DNA of 64,000 nucleotides from NCBI RefSeq assembly GCF_056712565.1, contig NZ_CM160072.1; one strand, 5' to 3'. Shown piece by piece: positions 27,961 to 42,292 of this stretch (position 1 is its first letter; each line of letters starts with the position of its first letter). The notes under the pieces were generated by a model. It saw only the letters and a program-made list of their open reading frames with translations, ran no database searches and was not told where the DNA came from. The position numbers and the translations under genes were made by a program.

Positions 27961-29187
27961 ATGGATAAACTACTTGAGCGATTTTTGAACTACGTGTCTC
28001 TGGATACCCAATCAAAGGCAGGGGTGAGACAGGTTCCCAGCACGGAAGGCCAATGGAAGTTATTGCATCTGCTGAAAGAGCAGCTCGAAGAGATGGGGCT
28101 TATCAATGTGACCTTAAGTGAGAAGGGCACTTTGATGGCGACGTTACCGGCTAACGTCCCTGGCGATATCCCGGCGATTGGCTTTATTTCTCATGTGGAT
28201 ACCTCACCGGATTGCAGCGGCAAAAATGTGAATCCGCAAATTGTTGAAAACTATCGCGGTGGCGATATTGCGCTGGGTATCGGCGATGAAGTTTTATCAC
28301 CGGTTATGTTCCCGGTGCTGCATCAGCTACTGGGTCAGACGCTGATTACCACCGATGGTAAAACCTTGTTAGGTGCCGATGACAAAGCAGGTATTGCAGA
28401 AATCATGACCGCGCTGGCGGTATTGCAACAAAAAAACATTCCGCATGGTGATATTCGCGTCGCCTTTACCCCGGATGAAGAAGTGGGCAAAGGGGCGAAG
28501 CATTTTGATGTTGACGCCTTCGATGCCCGCTGGGCATACACCGTTGATGGTGGTGGCGTCGGCGAACTGGAGTTTGAAAACTTCAACGCCGCGTCGGTCA
28601 ATATCAAAATTGTCGGTAACAATGTTCACCCGGGCACGGCGAAAGGAGTGATGGTAAATGCGCTGTCGCTGGCGGCACGTATTCATGCGGAAGTTCCGGC
28701 GGATGAAAGCCCGGAAATGACAGAAGGCTATGAAGGTTTCTATCACCTGGCGAGCATGAAAGGCACCGTTGAACGGGCCGATATGCACTACATCATCCGT
28801 GATTTCGACCGTAAACAGTTTGAAGCGCGTAAACGTAAAATGATGGAGATCGCCAAAAAAGTGGGCAAAGGGTTACATCCTGATTGCTACATTGAACTGG
28901 TGATTGAAGACAGTTACTACAATATGCGCGAGAAAGTGGTTGAGCATCCGCATATTCTCGATATCGCCCAGCAGGCGATGCGTGACTGCGATATTGAACC
29001 GGAACTGAAACCGATCCGCGGCGGTACCGACGGCGCGCAGTTGTCGTTTATGGGATTACCGTGCCCGAACCTGTTCACTGGCGGTTACAACTATCATGGT
29101 AAGCATGAGTTTGTGACTCTGGAAGGTATGGAAAAAGCGGTGCAGGTGATCGTCCGTATTGCCGAGTTGACGGCGCAACGGAAGTAA
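27961..29187 (+). CDS. pepT: Peptidase T (tripeptide aminopeptidase)
   Basis: 408 aa from ATG at 27961 ([18 protein letters not shown]...), M20 metallopeptidase. Confidence 0.92.
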   Translation: MDKLLERFLNYVSLDTQSKAGVRQVPSTEGQWKLLHLLKEQLEEMGLINVTLSEKGTLMATLPANVPGDIPAIGFISHVDTSPDCSGKNVNPQIVENYRGGDIALGIGDEVLSPVMFPVLHQLLGQTLITTDGKTLLGADDKAGIAEIMTALAVLQQKNIPHGDIRVAFTPDEEVGKGAKHFDVDAFDARWAYTVDGGGVGELEFENFNAASVNIKIVGNNVHPGTAKGVMVNALSLAARIHAEVPADESPEMTEGYEGFYHLASMKGTVERADMHYIIRDFDRKQFEARKRKMMEIAKKVGKGLHPDCYIELVIEDSYYNMREKVVEHPHILDIAQQAMRDCDIEPELKPIRGGTDGAQLSFMGLPCPNLFTGGYNYHGKHEFVTLEGMEKAVQVIVRIAELTAQRK

Positions 29188-29195
29188 GCGAAAAG

Positions 29196-29220
29196 GGATG
29201 CGGCATGTGATGCCGCATCC
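29196..29220. terminator. REP-like hairpin between convergent pepT and roxA
   Basis: GGATGCGGCAT-gtg-ATGCCGCATCC perfect hairpin; T-run on the minus-strand side (roxA). Confidence 0.5.
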
Positions 29221-29235
29221 GGCTTAAATCCAAAC

Positions 29236-30357
29236 TTACCCTTCGAAGAACCAGTATCCGCTATTGACCAGCGCCGCGAGCATCGCGAGGAATGACGGAT
29301 CTTCCAGCGCATCGCCAAAATTCTCCGCGGTCAGCGCAATGTTGCTGGCGAGCGCATCCAGTGCCGGACGGTGCGGGGAATCGATCTTCTCACCATTGGC
29401 ATACACGTCGTCGCCAATGCGCAATACGCGCAGACCCCCCAGGCGCACCAGCACATCACCTTGTTTCAGCGCATCGTAGATTTCATCCGGCTGATAAGGC
29501 GGCTCTGGCGGCGCGATGTCCAGTTCATGACGTGACTGGGATATAAACTCGCCAAACCATTGTTTAAAGTGTTCCGGCTGGTTGATCAATTCGAGCATCA
29601 TCTCACGCAGTTTATCCATCTCTTGCGGCAGAACGTCCGCAGGATGAGCGCGAGGTGGAACATCAGGATCGCTGTAGTAGTTGCCGCCCAGTTCACGTTG
29701 CAGCACATAATCGGCAAATCCGCTAATCAGTTCCCGCGTATTTGGCGCGCGAAAACCCACGGAATAGTTCATCGCATTTTCCAGCGCGTAGCCTTCATGC
29801 GGGAATCCTGGCGGAATATAAAGAATATCGCCAGGCTCCAGCTCTTCATCGATGATGGCTTCGAACGGATCGACCTGTAACAGGTCCGGGTGCGGGCAGT
29901 GCTGTTTCATTTGCAGCTTTTCGCCCACTCGCCAGCGACGACGACCGGTACCCTGAATGATAAACACGTCGTACTGATCGAGATGCGGGCCGACGCCGCC
30001 GCCCGGTACAGAAAAAGAGATCATCAGATCATCAATACGCCAGTCCGGTAGTTCACGGAACGGTCGCATTAGCGCAGCGGTCGGCTCATGCCAGTGGTTC
30101 ACTGCTTGCACTAACAATGACCAGTTAGTTTCACCGAGATGATCGTAGCTTTCGAATGGACCGTGGCTGACCTGCCATTTGCCATCCTGATGACTGACCA
30201 GTCGACTGTCGACTTCGCTTTCCATCGCCAGACCCGCCAACTCGTCTGGAGAGATCGGGTCAATAAAATTATTAAAGCCGCGTTTTAACACCACCGGGCG
30301 TTTCTGCCAGTGACGTTCAAGAAAATCGGGCCAGTTAAGAGTGAGTTGGTATTCCAT
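29236..30357 (-). CDS. roxA: Ribosomal protein uL16 arginine hydroxylase (JmjC/cupin)
   Basis: 373 aa from ATG at 30357 (MEYQLTLNWPDFLERHWQKRPVVL...). Confidence 0.88.
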   Translation of the reverse strand: MEYQLTLNWPDFLERHWQKRPVVLKRGFNNFIDPISPDELAGLAMESEVDSRLVSHQDGKWQVSHGPFESYDHLGETNWSLLVQAVNHWHEPTAALMRPFRELPDWRIDDLMISFSVPGGGVGPHLDQYDVFIIQGTGRRRWRVGEKLQMKQHCPHPDLLQVDPFEAIIDEELEPGDILYIPPGFPHEGYALENAMNYSVGFRAPNTRELISGFADYVLQRELGGNYYSDPDVPPRAHPADVLPQEMDKLREMMLELINQPEHFKQWFGEFISQSRHELDIAPPEPPYQPDEIYDALKQGDVLVRLGGLRVLRIGDDVYANGEKIDSPHRPALDALASNIALTAENFGDALEDPSFLAMLAALVNSGYWFFEG

Positions 30358-30432
30358 GTTAAGCATCCACAGGCTGGTATCTGCAACCGATTATAACGGA
30401 TGCTTAACGTAATGCGTGAAGTATGGACATAT

Positions 30433-31893
30433 TTATTCATCTTTCGGCGCAGAATGCTGGCGACCAAAAATCACCTCCATCCGCGCACCGCCCAGCATGC
30501 TCTCTCCGGCGACGATTTTACCCTCATATTGCTCGGTGATTTCGCGGGCTACCGCCAGCCCCACACCTTGCCCAGGGCGTAAAGTATCAACCCGTTGACC
30601 ACGGTCGAAAATGACCTCTCGCTTGCTTAATGGAATACCGGGGCCATCATCCTCGACCACAATATAGAGATGCTCGTCGGTTTGCCTTGCAGAAATTTCG
30701 ACAAACTCGAGGCAATATTTACAGGCGTTATCCAGCACGTTGCCCATCACTTCGACAAAATCATTCTGCTCACCAACAAAGCTGATTTCTGGCGAGATAT
30801 CGAGAGAGATATTGACACCTTTGCGTTGATACACTTTGTTCAGCGCCGAGGTGAGATTGTCCAACAGTGGCGCGACCGGATGCAGCTCGCGGCTAAGCAA
30901 TGTCCCGCCGCGCATACTGGCACGATGCAGGTAGTAGCCAATTTGCTGTGAAATGCGGCTGATTTGCTCCAGCATTACCGGCTCAGCATCACTGACGCTC
31001 ATCTTCTCACTACGCAGAGAACGCAGCGTACTTTGCAGCACCGCCAGTGGCGTTTTCAGACTATGGGTCAGGTCGGTGAGCGTTGTACGATATTTGTCGT
31101 AACGTTCGCGTTCACTTTTTAACAGTCGGTTCAGGTTTCGTACCAGACTGGTCAGTTCTCGCGTTGTGGCTGGATTGAGCAATTCACGGTTATGTTCTTC
31201 CAGTTCGCGGACTTCTTTTGCCAGGGCTTCGATGGGGCGTAAACTCCACCAGGCGGCGACCCACAGCAGCGGGATCACTAACAGCAGATTGGCTGAGAGC
31301 ACATAGATAAACCAGCTCCAGACCATATAGGAACTTTTTAGCTCCACCGGAATGGTATCCACCACCACAATGGTTAACTTTGGCATCCGCGATGTTGCCG
31401 GGTAGACGTTTACCGCCACCGAGTGGGTCATCTCCGCGTCGTCATCATCTTCCCGCACTTCCTGCAACTGTTGCTGTATCGAATGATCTCCACTCAGCAA
31501 GAGGCTGGTATCGTTAACATCCGCTTCAATTTCATGAAAACCATTCGATTTCAGCCAGTCAGGCTGGATCATCTTCATCAGCCAGGGCACGTCACGTTGC
31601 GCCCATAAAAGCTGCCCGTTCTCATCATAAATTAGTGTCATCGTGGGGCTTTGCTTGTCGATATTTTCGGGTAACTCGACATGCAACTTATTGTTTTCCC
31701 ACTTCGCAAGGGTATAGAACAGATTGCTCTCGCCACGTAACAGCCGAAACGTGGTTTTATCGAAACTGACGCTATAACCGATCAGCGCAACCATTCCGTA
31801 GGCAAGCGAAAGCACCAATACTACTGCTGCCGTTGCTAACAGAAAACGTACCCGCAGCGAGAGCGGGAAAAAAAGATGCAGTAATTTTTTCAT
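30433..31893 (-). CDS. phoQ: Sensor histidine kinase PhoQ
   Basis: 486 aa, two TM segments, periplasmic sensor, H-box and HATPase motifs. Confidence 0.93.
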   Translation of the reverse strand: MKKLLHLFFPLSLRVRFLLATAAVVLVLSLAYGMVALIGYSVSFDKTTFRLLRGESNLFYTLAKWENNKLHVELPENIDKQSPTMTLIYDENGQLLWAQRDVPWLMKMIQPDWLKSNGFHEIEADVNDTSLLLSGDHSIQQQLQEVREDDDDAEMTHSVAVNVYPATSRMPKLTIVVVDTIPVELKSSYMVWSWFIYVLSANLLLVIPLLWVAAWWSLRPIEALAKEVRELEEHNRELLNPATTRELTSLVRNLNRLLKSERERYDKYRTTLTDLTHSLKTPLAVLQSTLRSLRSEKMSVSDAEPVMLEQISRISQQIGYYLHRASMRGGTLLSRELHPVAPLLDNLTSALNKVYQRKGVNISLDISPEISFVGEQNDFVEVMGNVLDNACKYCLEFVEISARQTDEHLYIVVEDDGPGIPLSKREVIFDRGQRVDTLRPGQGVGLAVAREITEQYEGKIVAGESMLGGARMEVIFGRQHSAPKDE

Positions 31894-32564
31894 CAGCGCA
31901 ATTCGAACAGATAGCCCTGGCCGCGAACGGTGGTAATCACTTCTTGCGGATATTGTGCCTGTATTTTTTTGCGCAGACGTCCCATCAGTACATCTATGGT
32001 ATGACTTTCCCGCAGCTCCGCATCCGGATAGAGTTGGAGCATTAACGAATCTTTGCTCACCACTTTGCCATTATTGCGTATCAACGTTTCCATAATGGTG
32101 TATTCGAACGCGGTCAGTTTGATCACTTCGTCATTAATAGATAATTCACGGCGGGAGAGATCAACCTGAAACGGTGGTAGCGAAATGACCTGTGAAGCCA
32201 GACCACTATTACGCCGCATTAATGCCTGCATTCGCGCCATCACCTCTTCAATATGAAACGGTTTAGTCACGTAATCATCAGCACCGGCACTTAATACTTC
32301 GACTTTGTCCTGCCAGCTCTCACGGGCGGTTAATACCAGAATCGGCAGTGAAACATCATTGCTACGCCAGCGGCGAATCAGTGACAGACCATCCTCGTCA
32401 GGCAATCCGAGATCGACAATCGCAATATCAGGTAAATGTTCATTGAGATAATAATCGGCTTCTTTGGCATCTTCTGCGTCATCGACCTGATGACCAGCAT
32501 CCTGTATCTGAACTTTAAGATGGTGACGTAACAACGCATTGTCTTCAACAACCAGTACGCGCAT
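31893..32564 (-). CDS. phoP: Response regulator PhoP (OmpR family)
   Basis: 223 aa [19 protein letters not shown]...; ends 1 nt from phoQ start. Confidence 0.95.
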   Translation of the reverse strand: MRVLVVEDNALLRHHLKVQIQDAGHQVDDAEDAKEADYYLNEHLPDIAIVDLGLPDEDGLSLIRRWRSNDVSLPILVLTARESWQDKVEVLSAGADDYVTKPFHIEEVMARMQALMRRNSGLASQVISLPPFQVDLSRRELSINDEVIKLTAFEYTIMETLIRNNGKVVSKDSLMLQLYPDAELRESHTIDVLMGRLRKKIQAQYPQEVITTVRGQGYLFELR

Positions 32565-32623
32565 TTTTATTTCTCCCTGTCTTAATTATTAAAATAGTGT
32601 AACGCGATTATGTGGTTATGGGG

Positions 32624-32641
32624 GTAAACATTAAATAAACC
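32624..32641 (-). promoter_or_regulatory. PhoP box of the autoregulated phoPQ promoter
   Basis: Minus strand reads GGTTTA-tttaa-TGTTTA (canonical direct repeat) with CATAAT -10 about 12 nt downstream. Confidence 0.75.
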
Positions 32642-32732
32642 AGCGGGGAGGGGAGGTAAAGTGAAAAAACAAAAAGTGGATAATCTTAATAAGCAGGCCG
32701 GACAGCATCGCCATCCGGCACTGTTTTGAGGC

Positions 32733-34106
<1,374 letters not shown>

Positions 34107-34748
34107 TCACAACTCCGGGGTTAAATGAGCAAGAATTTGTTTTGCCTGAGTGGTCAGGCGATTACGAGAAAACATCAGTTGCAGACGACCGCCGCCGACC
34201 TGGTGCCAGAGCACGGCGGCGCGAATGCCTGCCAGCAGGGTTGCGCGAACTTTCGCCTGCACCTGTGGGCTTTGCAGTACAGCAGGGGAACCAGTGACCT
34301 GAATGCGCGGGCCAAGCGGGCTGATAACATCAACATAGATGGCAGCCATCGCGCTCATCAGCGTTTCGGACTGTAAATCGAAGTGTTCGAGCTGGCGTTG
34401 CAGGCCGTTGATCCGGTTGCCCAGAGTGTCGAGCGCACCTTTCGCTGAGGAGAGTTTGCGCTCAAGCACCATCAGACTGAGTGTGTAGCGGGTTAATTCG
34501 GCGTTTAAGCCCTGGCGACTGCTGGCATTGAGTACGCCGAGCAAGGTTTCCAGCCCGACGCGCAGGTTGGCTTCGCTACCGCCAAAAACCGCCAGCGTTG
34601 AGCTGGGGTTCATATCGATAATACTGTTGAGTGAGACGTGTAGCGCATCGCCATCACAATGCCCCTGGTGAGCGAGTTGTTGCACCAGGCGTGCCGACTG
34701 ACAAATACCGGCAAGGGCGAGGGTGATGTCATAGTAATTCTTTGCCAC
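34107..34748 (-). CDS. hflD: High-frequency lysogenisation protein HflD
   Basis: About 213 aa (…[16 protein letters not shown]…); immediately downstream of mnmA. Confidence 0.88.
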   Translation of the reverse strand: MAKNYYDITLALAGICQSARLVQQLAHQGHCDGDALHVSLNSIIDMNPSSTLAVFGGSEANLRVGLETLLGVLNASSRQGLNAELTRYTLSLMVLERKLSSAKGALDTLGNRINGLQRQLEHFDLQSETLMSAMAAIYVDVISPLGPRIQVTGSPAVLQSPQVQAKVRATLLAGIRAAVLWHQVGGGRLQLMFSRNRLTTQAKQILAHLTPEL

Positions 34749-34783
34749 GTTCACTGCTTCCTTGTTTTAAGTAAAGATAATAA

Positions 34784-36405
<1,622 letters not shown>

Positions 36406-36414
36406 TTTGCATCC

Positions 36415-37068
36415 TTAATCTGTCGCGTCTCGCCATTCGCCATTGGCAAGATTATCCAAAGAGTAATCCCCCATCGCATAGCGAATCAGTCGCAGCGTGG
36501 GGAAACCAACATGGGCGGTCATGCGGCGCACCTGGCGATTACGTCCCTCATATAAGGTGATCTTCAGCCAGCTGGTGGGAATACTTTTGCGCTCACGAAT
36601 TGGTGGATTCCGCGGCCATAACCACGCGGGTTCTTCAACCAGCTCCGCGCCTGCGGGCAGGGTAGGGCCATCATTTAAGGTTACGCCATTGCGCAAGGCT
36701 TCAAGTGCGTCTTGTGTGGGAATACCTTCCACCTGCACATAATAGATTTTTCCGGTGCGTTTACCCGGCTGGGTTAAACGCGCCTGCAACGCGCCGTTAT
36801 TGGTCAGCACCAGTAACCCTTCGCTGTCGCGGTCGAGACGACCTGCCGCATACACCCCCTGAACCGGGATGAATTCTTTTAATGTTTTGCGTCCGGCTTC
36901 ATCGGTGAACTGCGGAAGAACATCGTAGGGTTTATTGAACAGGATCACACGCGTGGGCTGGTTTTCAGGTTTACGCCTGGTAGAACGTTGCGAGCTGAAT
37001 CGCTTAACCTGGTGATTTCTAAAAGAAGTTTTTTGCATGGTATTTTCAGAGATTATGAATTGCCGCAT
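36415..37068 (-). CDS. rluE: 23S rRNA pseudouridine synthase RluE
   Basis: 217 aa RsuA-family ORF ([16 protein letters not shown] motif). Confidence 0.88.
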   Translation of the reverse strand: MRQFIISENTMQKTSFRNHQVKRFSSQRSTRRKPENQPTRVILFNKPYDVLPQFTDEAGRKTLKEFIPVQGVYAAGRLDRDSEGLLVLTNNGALQARLTQPGKRTGKIYYVQVEGIPTQDALEALRNGVTLNDGPTLPAGAELVEEPAWLWPRNPPIRERKSIPTSWLKITLYEGRNRQVRRMTAHVGFPTLRLIRYAMGDYSLDNLANGEWRDATD

Positions 37069-37239
37069 TATAGCCTAATAACGCGCATCTTTCATGACGG
37101 CAAACAATAGGGTAGTATTGACAAGCCAATTACAAATCATTAACAAAAAATTGCTCTAAAGCATCCGTATCGCAGGACGCAAACGCATATGCAACGTGGT
37201 GGTAGACGAGCAAACCAGTAGCGCTCGAAGGAGAGGTGA

Positions 37240-38490
37240 ATGGAAAGTAAAGTAGTTGTTCCGGCACAAGGCAAGAAGATCACCCTGCAAAACGGCAAAC
37301 TCAACGTTCCTGAAAATCCGATTATCCCTTACATTGAAGGTGATGGAATCGGTGTAGATGTAACCCCAGCCATGCTGAAAGTGGTCGACGCTGCAGTTGA
37401 GAAAGCCTATAAAGGCGAGCGTAAAATCTCCTGGATGGAAATTTACACCGGTGAAAAATCCACACAGGTTTATGGTCAGGACGTCTGGTTGCCTGCTGAA
37501 ACCCTTGATCTGATTCGTGAATATCGCGTTGCCATTAAAGGCCCGCTGACCACTCCGGTTGGTGGCGGTATTCGCTCTCTGAACGTTGCCCTGCGCCAGG
37601 AACTGGATCTCTACATCTGCCTGCGTCCGGTACGTTACTATCAGGGCACTCCAAGCCCGGTTAAACACCCTGAACTGACCGATATGGTTATCTTCCGTGA
37701 AAACTCGGAAGACATTTATGCGGGTATCGAATGGAAAGCAGACTCTGCCGACGCTGAGAAAGTGATTAAATTCCTGCGTGAAGAGATGGGCGTGAAGAAA
37801 ATTCGCTTCCCGGAACATTGCGGTATCGGTATTAAGCCGTGTTCGGAAGAAGGCACCAAACGTCTGGTTCGTGCAGCGATCGAATACGCAATTGCTAACG
37901 ATCGTGACTCTGTGACCCTGGTGCACAAAGGCAACATCATGAAGTTCACCGAAGGCGCGTTTAAAGACTGGGGCTACCAACTGGCGCGTGAAGAATTTGG
38001 CGGTGAACTGATCGACGGCGGCCCGTGGCTGAAAGTTAAAAACCCGAATACCGGCAAAGAGATCGTCATTAAAGACGTGATTGCTGATGCATTCCTGCAA
38101 CAGATCCTGCTGCGTCCGGCTGAATATGATGTTATCGCCTGTATGAACCTGAACGGTGACTACATTTCTGACGCCCTGGCAGCGCAGGTTGGTGGTATCG
38201 GTATCGCCCCTGGCGCAAACATCGGTGACGAATGCGCCCTGTTTGAAGCCACCCACGGTACTGCGCCGAAATATGCCGGACAGGACAAAGTAAACCCAGG
38301 CTCTATTATTCTCTCCGCTGAGATGATGCTGCGCCATATGGGTTGGACTGAAGCGGCTGACCTGATTGTTAAAGGTATGGAAGGCGCAATCAATGCCAAG
38401 ACCGTAACCTATGACTTCGAACGTCTGATGGAAGGCGCTAAACTGCTGAAATGTTCAGAGTTTGGTGACGCGATCATCAAGAATATGTAA
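37240..38490 (+). CDS. icd: Isocitrate dehydrogenase (NADP); 3' end is the prophage attachment target
   Basis: 416 aa [31 protein letters not shown]...; complete to stop at 38488-38490. Confidence 0.95.
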   Translation: MESKVVVPAQGKKITLQNGKLNVPENPIIPYIEGDGIGVDVTPAMLKVVDAAVEKAYKGERKISWMEIYTGEKSTQVYGQDVWLPAETLDLIREYRVAIKGPLTTPVGGGIRSLNVALRQELDLYICLRPVRYYQGTPSPVKHPELTDMVIFRENSEDIYAGIEWKADSADAEKVIKFLREEMGVKKIRFPEHCGIGIKPCSEEGTKRLVRAAIEYAIANDRDSVTLVHKGNIMKFTEGAFKDWGYQLAREEFGGELIDGGPWLKVKNPNTGKEIVIKDVIADAFLQQILLRPAEYDVIACMNLNGDYISDALAAQVGGIGIAPGANIGDECALFEATHGTAPKYAGQDKVNPGSIILSAEMMLRHMGWTEAADLIVKGMEGAINAKTVTYDFERLMEGAKLLKCSEFGDAIIKNM

Positions 38491-38513
38491 TCACTACATG
38501 TGTTAAATATTGA

Positions 38514-38541
38514 AACGGGCGTATAACACGCCCGTTGTTTT
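38514..38541 (+). terminator. icd intrinsic terminator
   Basis: AACGGGCG-tataaca-CGCCCGTT followed by GTTTTA. Confidence 0.75.
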
Positions 38542-38557
38542 ATGATGATGTAAAATC

Positions 38558-38593
38558 TTCCCCAAAACTTTCCCCAAAACCCTTCCCCAAAAC
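38558..38593. repeat. Three tandem copies of TTCCCCAAAAC next to the int 3' end (candidate arm-type integrase sites)
   Basis: Copies at 38558-38568, 38570-38580, 38583-38593, lying 10-46 nt past the int stop. Confidence 0.55.
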
Positions 38594-38603
38594 TGGCTAT
38601 TTT

Positions 38604-39746
38604 CTATGCTGTTTTGATATCTACGATAATCCAGTCTTTACCACGATCATCATTGTATCGGTCGGTCATTTTTCTGGATTTATGGCCTAACAACTTTTGC
38701 GTATCCAGACCCTGTTCCCGATATAACCGTTCTGACAGAGATCGCTGCTCATGAAATGTGGGCGCAGTTCCTTGCTCCCATTTTATGCCACATTTTTCCC
38801 GGGCCTTTTTAAAAGCCGTTGTCAGAGTATTCGCAGAAACCTGGTCTCCTCTGTTTGCTTGAGAGGTAGTGTGACGGTAATGGACCAGATATTTACTAAC
38901 AACAGCATCCCTGCACTGAGATATAACTTCACGAAGGGTAATATTCAGAGCATCGCATTTCAGGTTAAGCGGAATAGCAAGTTTTGAACCGGTTTTTTCC
39001 TGAGTAATGTGCAACATGTCGTCCCATATATCAGAGAATTTCAAATTGCAGATATCGCCTAAACGTTGTCCAGTAACAAGAGCAAGTAGCATGCCGCATT
39101 TTAAATAGGGCTGCCGTCTGCTTACGCTGTCAAATATTGCCTGCCATTCGGGCAGTGACAATCTTTGGCGGTTTACTCGATTTCGTGGTTGTTTTGTTGC
39201 CTGCGCTGGGTTAAATCCTGGCGGAACATGTCCTGCGTGTTGTGCTTCTTTGAAGACGTCGATCAACACCATTCTCACGACTTGCGCCATCCTGTTATGA
39301 CCTTCAGCCTTTACAGCATCAATTATTTCGGCAATATCAAGTGCGGTAATATCCTTGAGGTGTTGCATTCCACAATGCTCACGGAAAAGACGAATGGGTT
39401 TGCCTTTTTGCCGATAGGAGTTGGGTCTTAGTTCATTATGTTGCAGCCTGTCCTCTTGGATAGAAATATATTTATCAAGCCATTCTGTCACCGTAATGTC
39501 TGAGCGCCTGCCTTTCATTCTTTCCAGACGCTCATTGACGCTTAATATTTGTCTGGTACGTTGTTCAGCAATAATGGTATTTGCTTCAGTAGCAACTTGT
39601 TTTGCTTCATTCTCATCAGTTCCTAAGCTATGAAAACGACCGGATAGTGGATGTTTGTATTGCCAATATACCTTTCCGGTTCGCTTATCTAATTTGCAAT
39701 ATAAATTGGGTATAGAGATTTTGTGAGATCGGGGTCTAGCAGCCAT
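38604..39746 (-). CDS. int: Prophage tyrosine integrase (e14/phage-21-like, icd-targeting)
   Basis: 380 aa; first gene of the prophage, adjacent to icd and overlapped by the xis gene. Confidence 0.85.
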   Translation of the reverse strand: MAARPRSHKISIPNLYCKLDKRTGKVYWQYKHPLSGRFHSLGTDENEAKQVATEANTIIAEQRTRQILSVNERLERMKGRRSDITVTEWLDKYISIQEDRLQHNELRPNSYRQKGKPIRLFREHCGMQHLKDITALDIAEIIDAVKAEGHNRMAQVVRMVLIDVFKEAQHAGHVPPGFNPAQATKQPRNRVNRQRLSLPEWQAIFDSVSRRQPYLKCGMLLALVTGQRLGDICNLKFSDIWDDMLHITQEKTGSKLAIPLNLKCDALNITLREVISQCRDAVVSKYLVHYRHTTSQANRGDQVSANTLTTAFKKAREKCGIKWEQGTAPTFHEQRSLSERLYREQGLDTQKLLGHKSRKMTDRYNDDRGKDWIIVDIKTA

Positions 39747-39972
39747 CAGCGATTATCCTTTGGAGTTTTGGGTTTGCGTTTATTGGGAGTTGCGGTTCTG
39801 CAAGCGTTCCTACAAAACGGGAATTTCGGTCAATCATCCAGTAGCGACCAACTTTTATAGCGGGTGGGGCCATCATTTTCCCTTGCGCGTATTTTTTCAG
39901 AACTCGCTCACTTGGTGCTAAGTCCCCAAATTCTTCTTTAGCCCAGTCCTGTAAAGTGATTAGTCGAGACAT
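39736..39972 (-). CDS. xis: Excisionase-like small DNA-binding protein
   Basis: 78 aa ORF overlapping the int start by 11 nt, in the canonical int-xis arrangement. Confidence 0.6.
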   Translation of the reverse strand: MSRLITLQDWAKEEFGDLAPSERVLKKYAQGKMMAPPAIKVGRYWMIDRNSRFVGTLAEPQLPINANPKLQRIIADGC

Positions 39973-40111
39973 TTGTCCTCCTCTTAGCTGCTGAGGGAGT
40001 TTGTGACCGATATATCTGACATGATATTAAGCTCATGGCAGGTACATCTCTTGACTGGTCATAGAGATAAATTTAATGCTGAGAAATGCAGTATTGAATT
40101 TATCAATTTTT

Positions 40112-40351
40112 CTATTTCCTGCGCATGTCACGTAACTTCTTAATGTGTTCTGCCGTTTCGATCTCTTCTGCTATCCGATCTGCATCAGCTTTATTCACAG
40201 GTTCAAAGTCATGATTAAAGCGGAACATGCTGGCGATACATGTTCTGCCTTTTCGGATGTAGTGAACTTTGTTGTGGGTAGAACGCAGGATTTTGCAGGG
40301 AGTGCCGTGGTGGTCGACGTACCAGGTGTTAGGGTCAATCACTCTGAACAT
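40112..40351 (-). CDS. Hypothetical phage protein (exo-xis region)
   Basis: 79 aa ORF, same strand as and overlapping the downstream ORF. Confidence 0.4.
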   Translation of the reverse strand: MFRVIDPNTWYVDHHGTPCKILRSTHNKVHYIRKGRTCIASMFRFNHDFEPVNKADADRIAEEIETAEHIKKLRDMRRK

Positions 40352-40664
40352 TCTTGACCTTGTGTTGTGCGGATTGATATTCAGTGCTGATATTCACCTT
40401 TATAGCGAACACCTTTACCGGTTTATCGCCAAAGTGCGGATGTGTGATTGTCTTCACTTCATATCCGTCATACGGAACATCAATTCTGCGACTGGAATCG
40501 TCGCGCTTCGGATATCCCTTTGTGATAATCAGGCGGTCATATTCCCGGAACATAATTCGCTTATTCCAGTAGTCATTACACAAGCGATACTCTTCCGTTT
40601 TCTCTCCGCGAATCATGGCATCGAAGTATTCACTTTTAACAGCAAGTTGCAGGTTAGCCATCAC
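40335..40664 (-). CDS. ASCH-domain-like phage protein
   Basis: 109 aa; GEKTEEYR fits the ASCH GxKxxExR motif; overlaps the upstream gene stop. Confidence 0.45.
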   Translation of the reverse strand: MMANLQLAVKSEYFDAMIRGEKTEEYRLCNDYWNKRIMFREYDRLIITKGYPKRDDSSRRIDVPYDGYEVKTITHPHFGDKPVKVFAIKVNISTEYQSAQHKVKNVQSD

Positions 40665-40882
40665 TTAATCCCCCTTTGTTTGCGGATAAGCTCCAGATCT
40701 TGCTGGCAACTGGCGCAAGTCCGACAACCCTGAACGGCCAGGCGTCTTCGTTCATCTATCGGATCGCCACACTCACAACAATGAGTGGCAGATACAGCCA
40801 GGTAGTTCAGGCGGCGCATTTTTATTGCTGTGTTGCGCTGTAATTCTTCTATTTCTGATGCTGAATCAATGATGTCTGCCAT
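40661..40882 (-). CDS. TraR/DksA-family C4 zinc-finger protein
   Basis: 73 aa with CxxC-x17-CxxC (CCECGDPIDERRRLAVQGCRTCASC), typical of phage TraR-like proteins. Confidence 0.6.
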   Translation of the reverse strand: MADIIDSASEIEELQRNTAIKMRRLNYLAVSATHCCECGDPIDERRRLAVQGCRTCASCQQDLELIRKQRGIK

Positions 40883-40934
40883 CTTTCATTAATCCCTGAA
40901 CTGTTGGTTAATACGCTTGAGGGTGAATGCGAAC

Positions 40935-40958
40935 AATAAAAAAGGAGCCTGTAGCTCC
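40935..40958 (-). terminator. Intrinsic terminator within the leftward early operon
   Basis: Minus strand GGAGC-tacag-GCTCC followed by TTTTTTATT. Confidence 0.55.
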
Positions 40959-41268
40959 CTGATAATTTTGCTTTTCATGTTCATCGTTCCTTAAAGACGC
41001 CGTTTAACATGCCGATTGCCAGGCTTAAATGAGTCGGTGTGAATCCCTTCAGCGTTACCGTTTCGCGGTGCTTCTTCAGTACGCTACGGCAAATGTCATT
41101 GACGTTTTTGGAAACTGCTGTCTGACTTTTTTGATTTCAGAATTAGCCTGACGGGCAATGCTGCGAAGGGCGTTTTCTTGCTGAGGTGTCACTGAACAAG
41201 CCCCATGTCGGCAAGCATAAGCACACAGAATATGAAGCCCGCTGCCAGAAAAATGCATTCAGTGGTTG

Positions 41269-41460
41269 TCATACCTGGTCTCTCTCATCTGCTTCTGCTT
41301 TCGCCACCATCATTTCCAGCTTTTGTGAAAGGGATGTGGCTAACGTATGAAATTCTTCGTCTGTTTCTGCTGGTATTGGCACAAACCTGACTCCAATTTG
41401 AGCAAGGCTATGTGCCAAATCAATACTCGTTCTTAACTCAACAGGAGATGCTTTGTGCAT
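41269..41460 (-). CDS. Small exo-xis region protein (lambda orf63-like)
   Basis: 63 aa ORF in the orf60a/orf63 position left of exo. Confidence 0.45.
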   Translation of the reverse strand: MHKASPVELRTSIDLAHSLAQIGVRFVPIPAETDEEFHTLATSLSQKLEMMVAKAEADERDQV

Positions 41461-41621
41461 ACCGCCCCCCGTTTATTATTTATCTCCTCAGCCAGCCGCT
41501 GGGCTTTCAGCGGATTTCGGATAACAGAAAGACCGTGAAATACCCAGCCTCGCTTTGTAACGGAGTAGACGAAAGTGATCGCGCCTACCCGGATATTATC
41601 GTGAGGATGGGTCATCGCCAT
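41433..41621 (-). CDS. Small exo-xis region protein (lambda orf60a-like)
   Basis: 62 aa ORF abutting the exo stop. Confidence 0.45.
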   Translation of the reverse strand: MAMTHPHDNIRVGAITFVYSVTKRGWVFHGLSVIRNPLKAQRLAEEINNKRGAVCTKHLLLS

Positions 41622-42292
41622 TGCTCTCCAAATACAAAACCAATTTCAGCCAGTGCTTCGTCCATTTTTTCGATGAACTCCGGCACCATCTCGTCAAAAC
41701 TCGCCATGTACTTTTCATCCCGCTCAACCACGACATAATGCAGGCCTTCACGCTTCATTCGTGGGTCATAGTTGGCAAAGTACCAGGCATCTTTTCGTGT
41801 CACCCACATGCTGTACTGCACCTGGGCCATGTAAGCCGACTTTATGGCCTCGAAACCACCGAGCCGGAACTTCATGAAATCCCGGGAGGTAAACGGGCAT
41901 TTCAGCTCAAGGCCATTGCCGTCACTGCATAAACCATCGGGAGAGCAGGCGGTGCGCATACTTTCGTCGCGATAGATGATCGGGGATTCAGTAACATTCA
42001 CGCCGGAAGTGAATTCAAACAGGGTTCTGGCGTCGTTCTCGTACTGTTTTCCCCACGCCAGCGCCTTAGCATTAACTTCCGGAGCCACACCGGTGCAAAC
42101 CTCAGCCAGCAGGGTGTGGAAGTAGGACATTTTCATGTCAGGCCACTTCTTTCCTGAGCGGGGCTTTGCTATCACGTTGTGAACTTCTGAAGCGGTGATG
42201 ACGCCGAGCCGTAATTTGTGCCATGCATCATCCCCCTGTTCGACAGCTCTCACGTCGATCCCGGTACGCTGCAGGATAATGTCCGGTGTCAT
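41612..42292 (-). CDS. exo: Lambda exonuclease (Red-alpha)
   Basis: 226 aa [40 protein letters not shown]... matches remembered lambda Exo almost throughout. Confidence 0.95.
   Translation of the reverse strand: MTPDIILQRTGIDVRAVEQGDDAWHKLRLGVITASEVHNVIAKPRSGKKWPDMKMSYFHTLLAEVCTGVAPEVNAKALAWGKQYENDARTLFEFTSGVNVTESPIIYRDESMRTACSPDGLCSDGNGLELKCPFTSRDFMKFRLGGFEAIKSAYMAQVQYSMWVTRKDAWYFANYDPRMKREGLHYVVVERDEKYMASFDEMVPEFIEKMDEALAEIGFVFGEQWR

Noticed and set aside
37156-38337. 393-aa ORF on the minus strand across icd
   Set aside because: Fully antisense to the well-supported icd gene; no independent start or RBS context; typical open alternate frame in a GC-rich conserved gene.
38558-38593. TTCCCCAAAAC repeats as a CRISPR array
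   Set aside because: Only three 11-bp units with 1-2 nt spacers and no cas genes; much more consistent with integrase arm-type sites.
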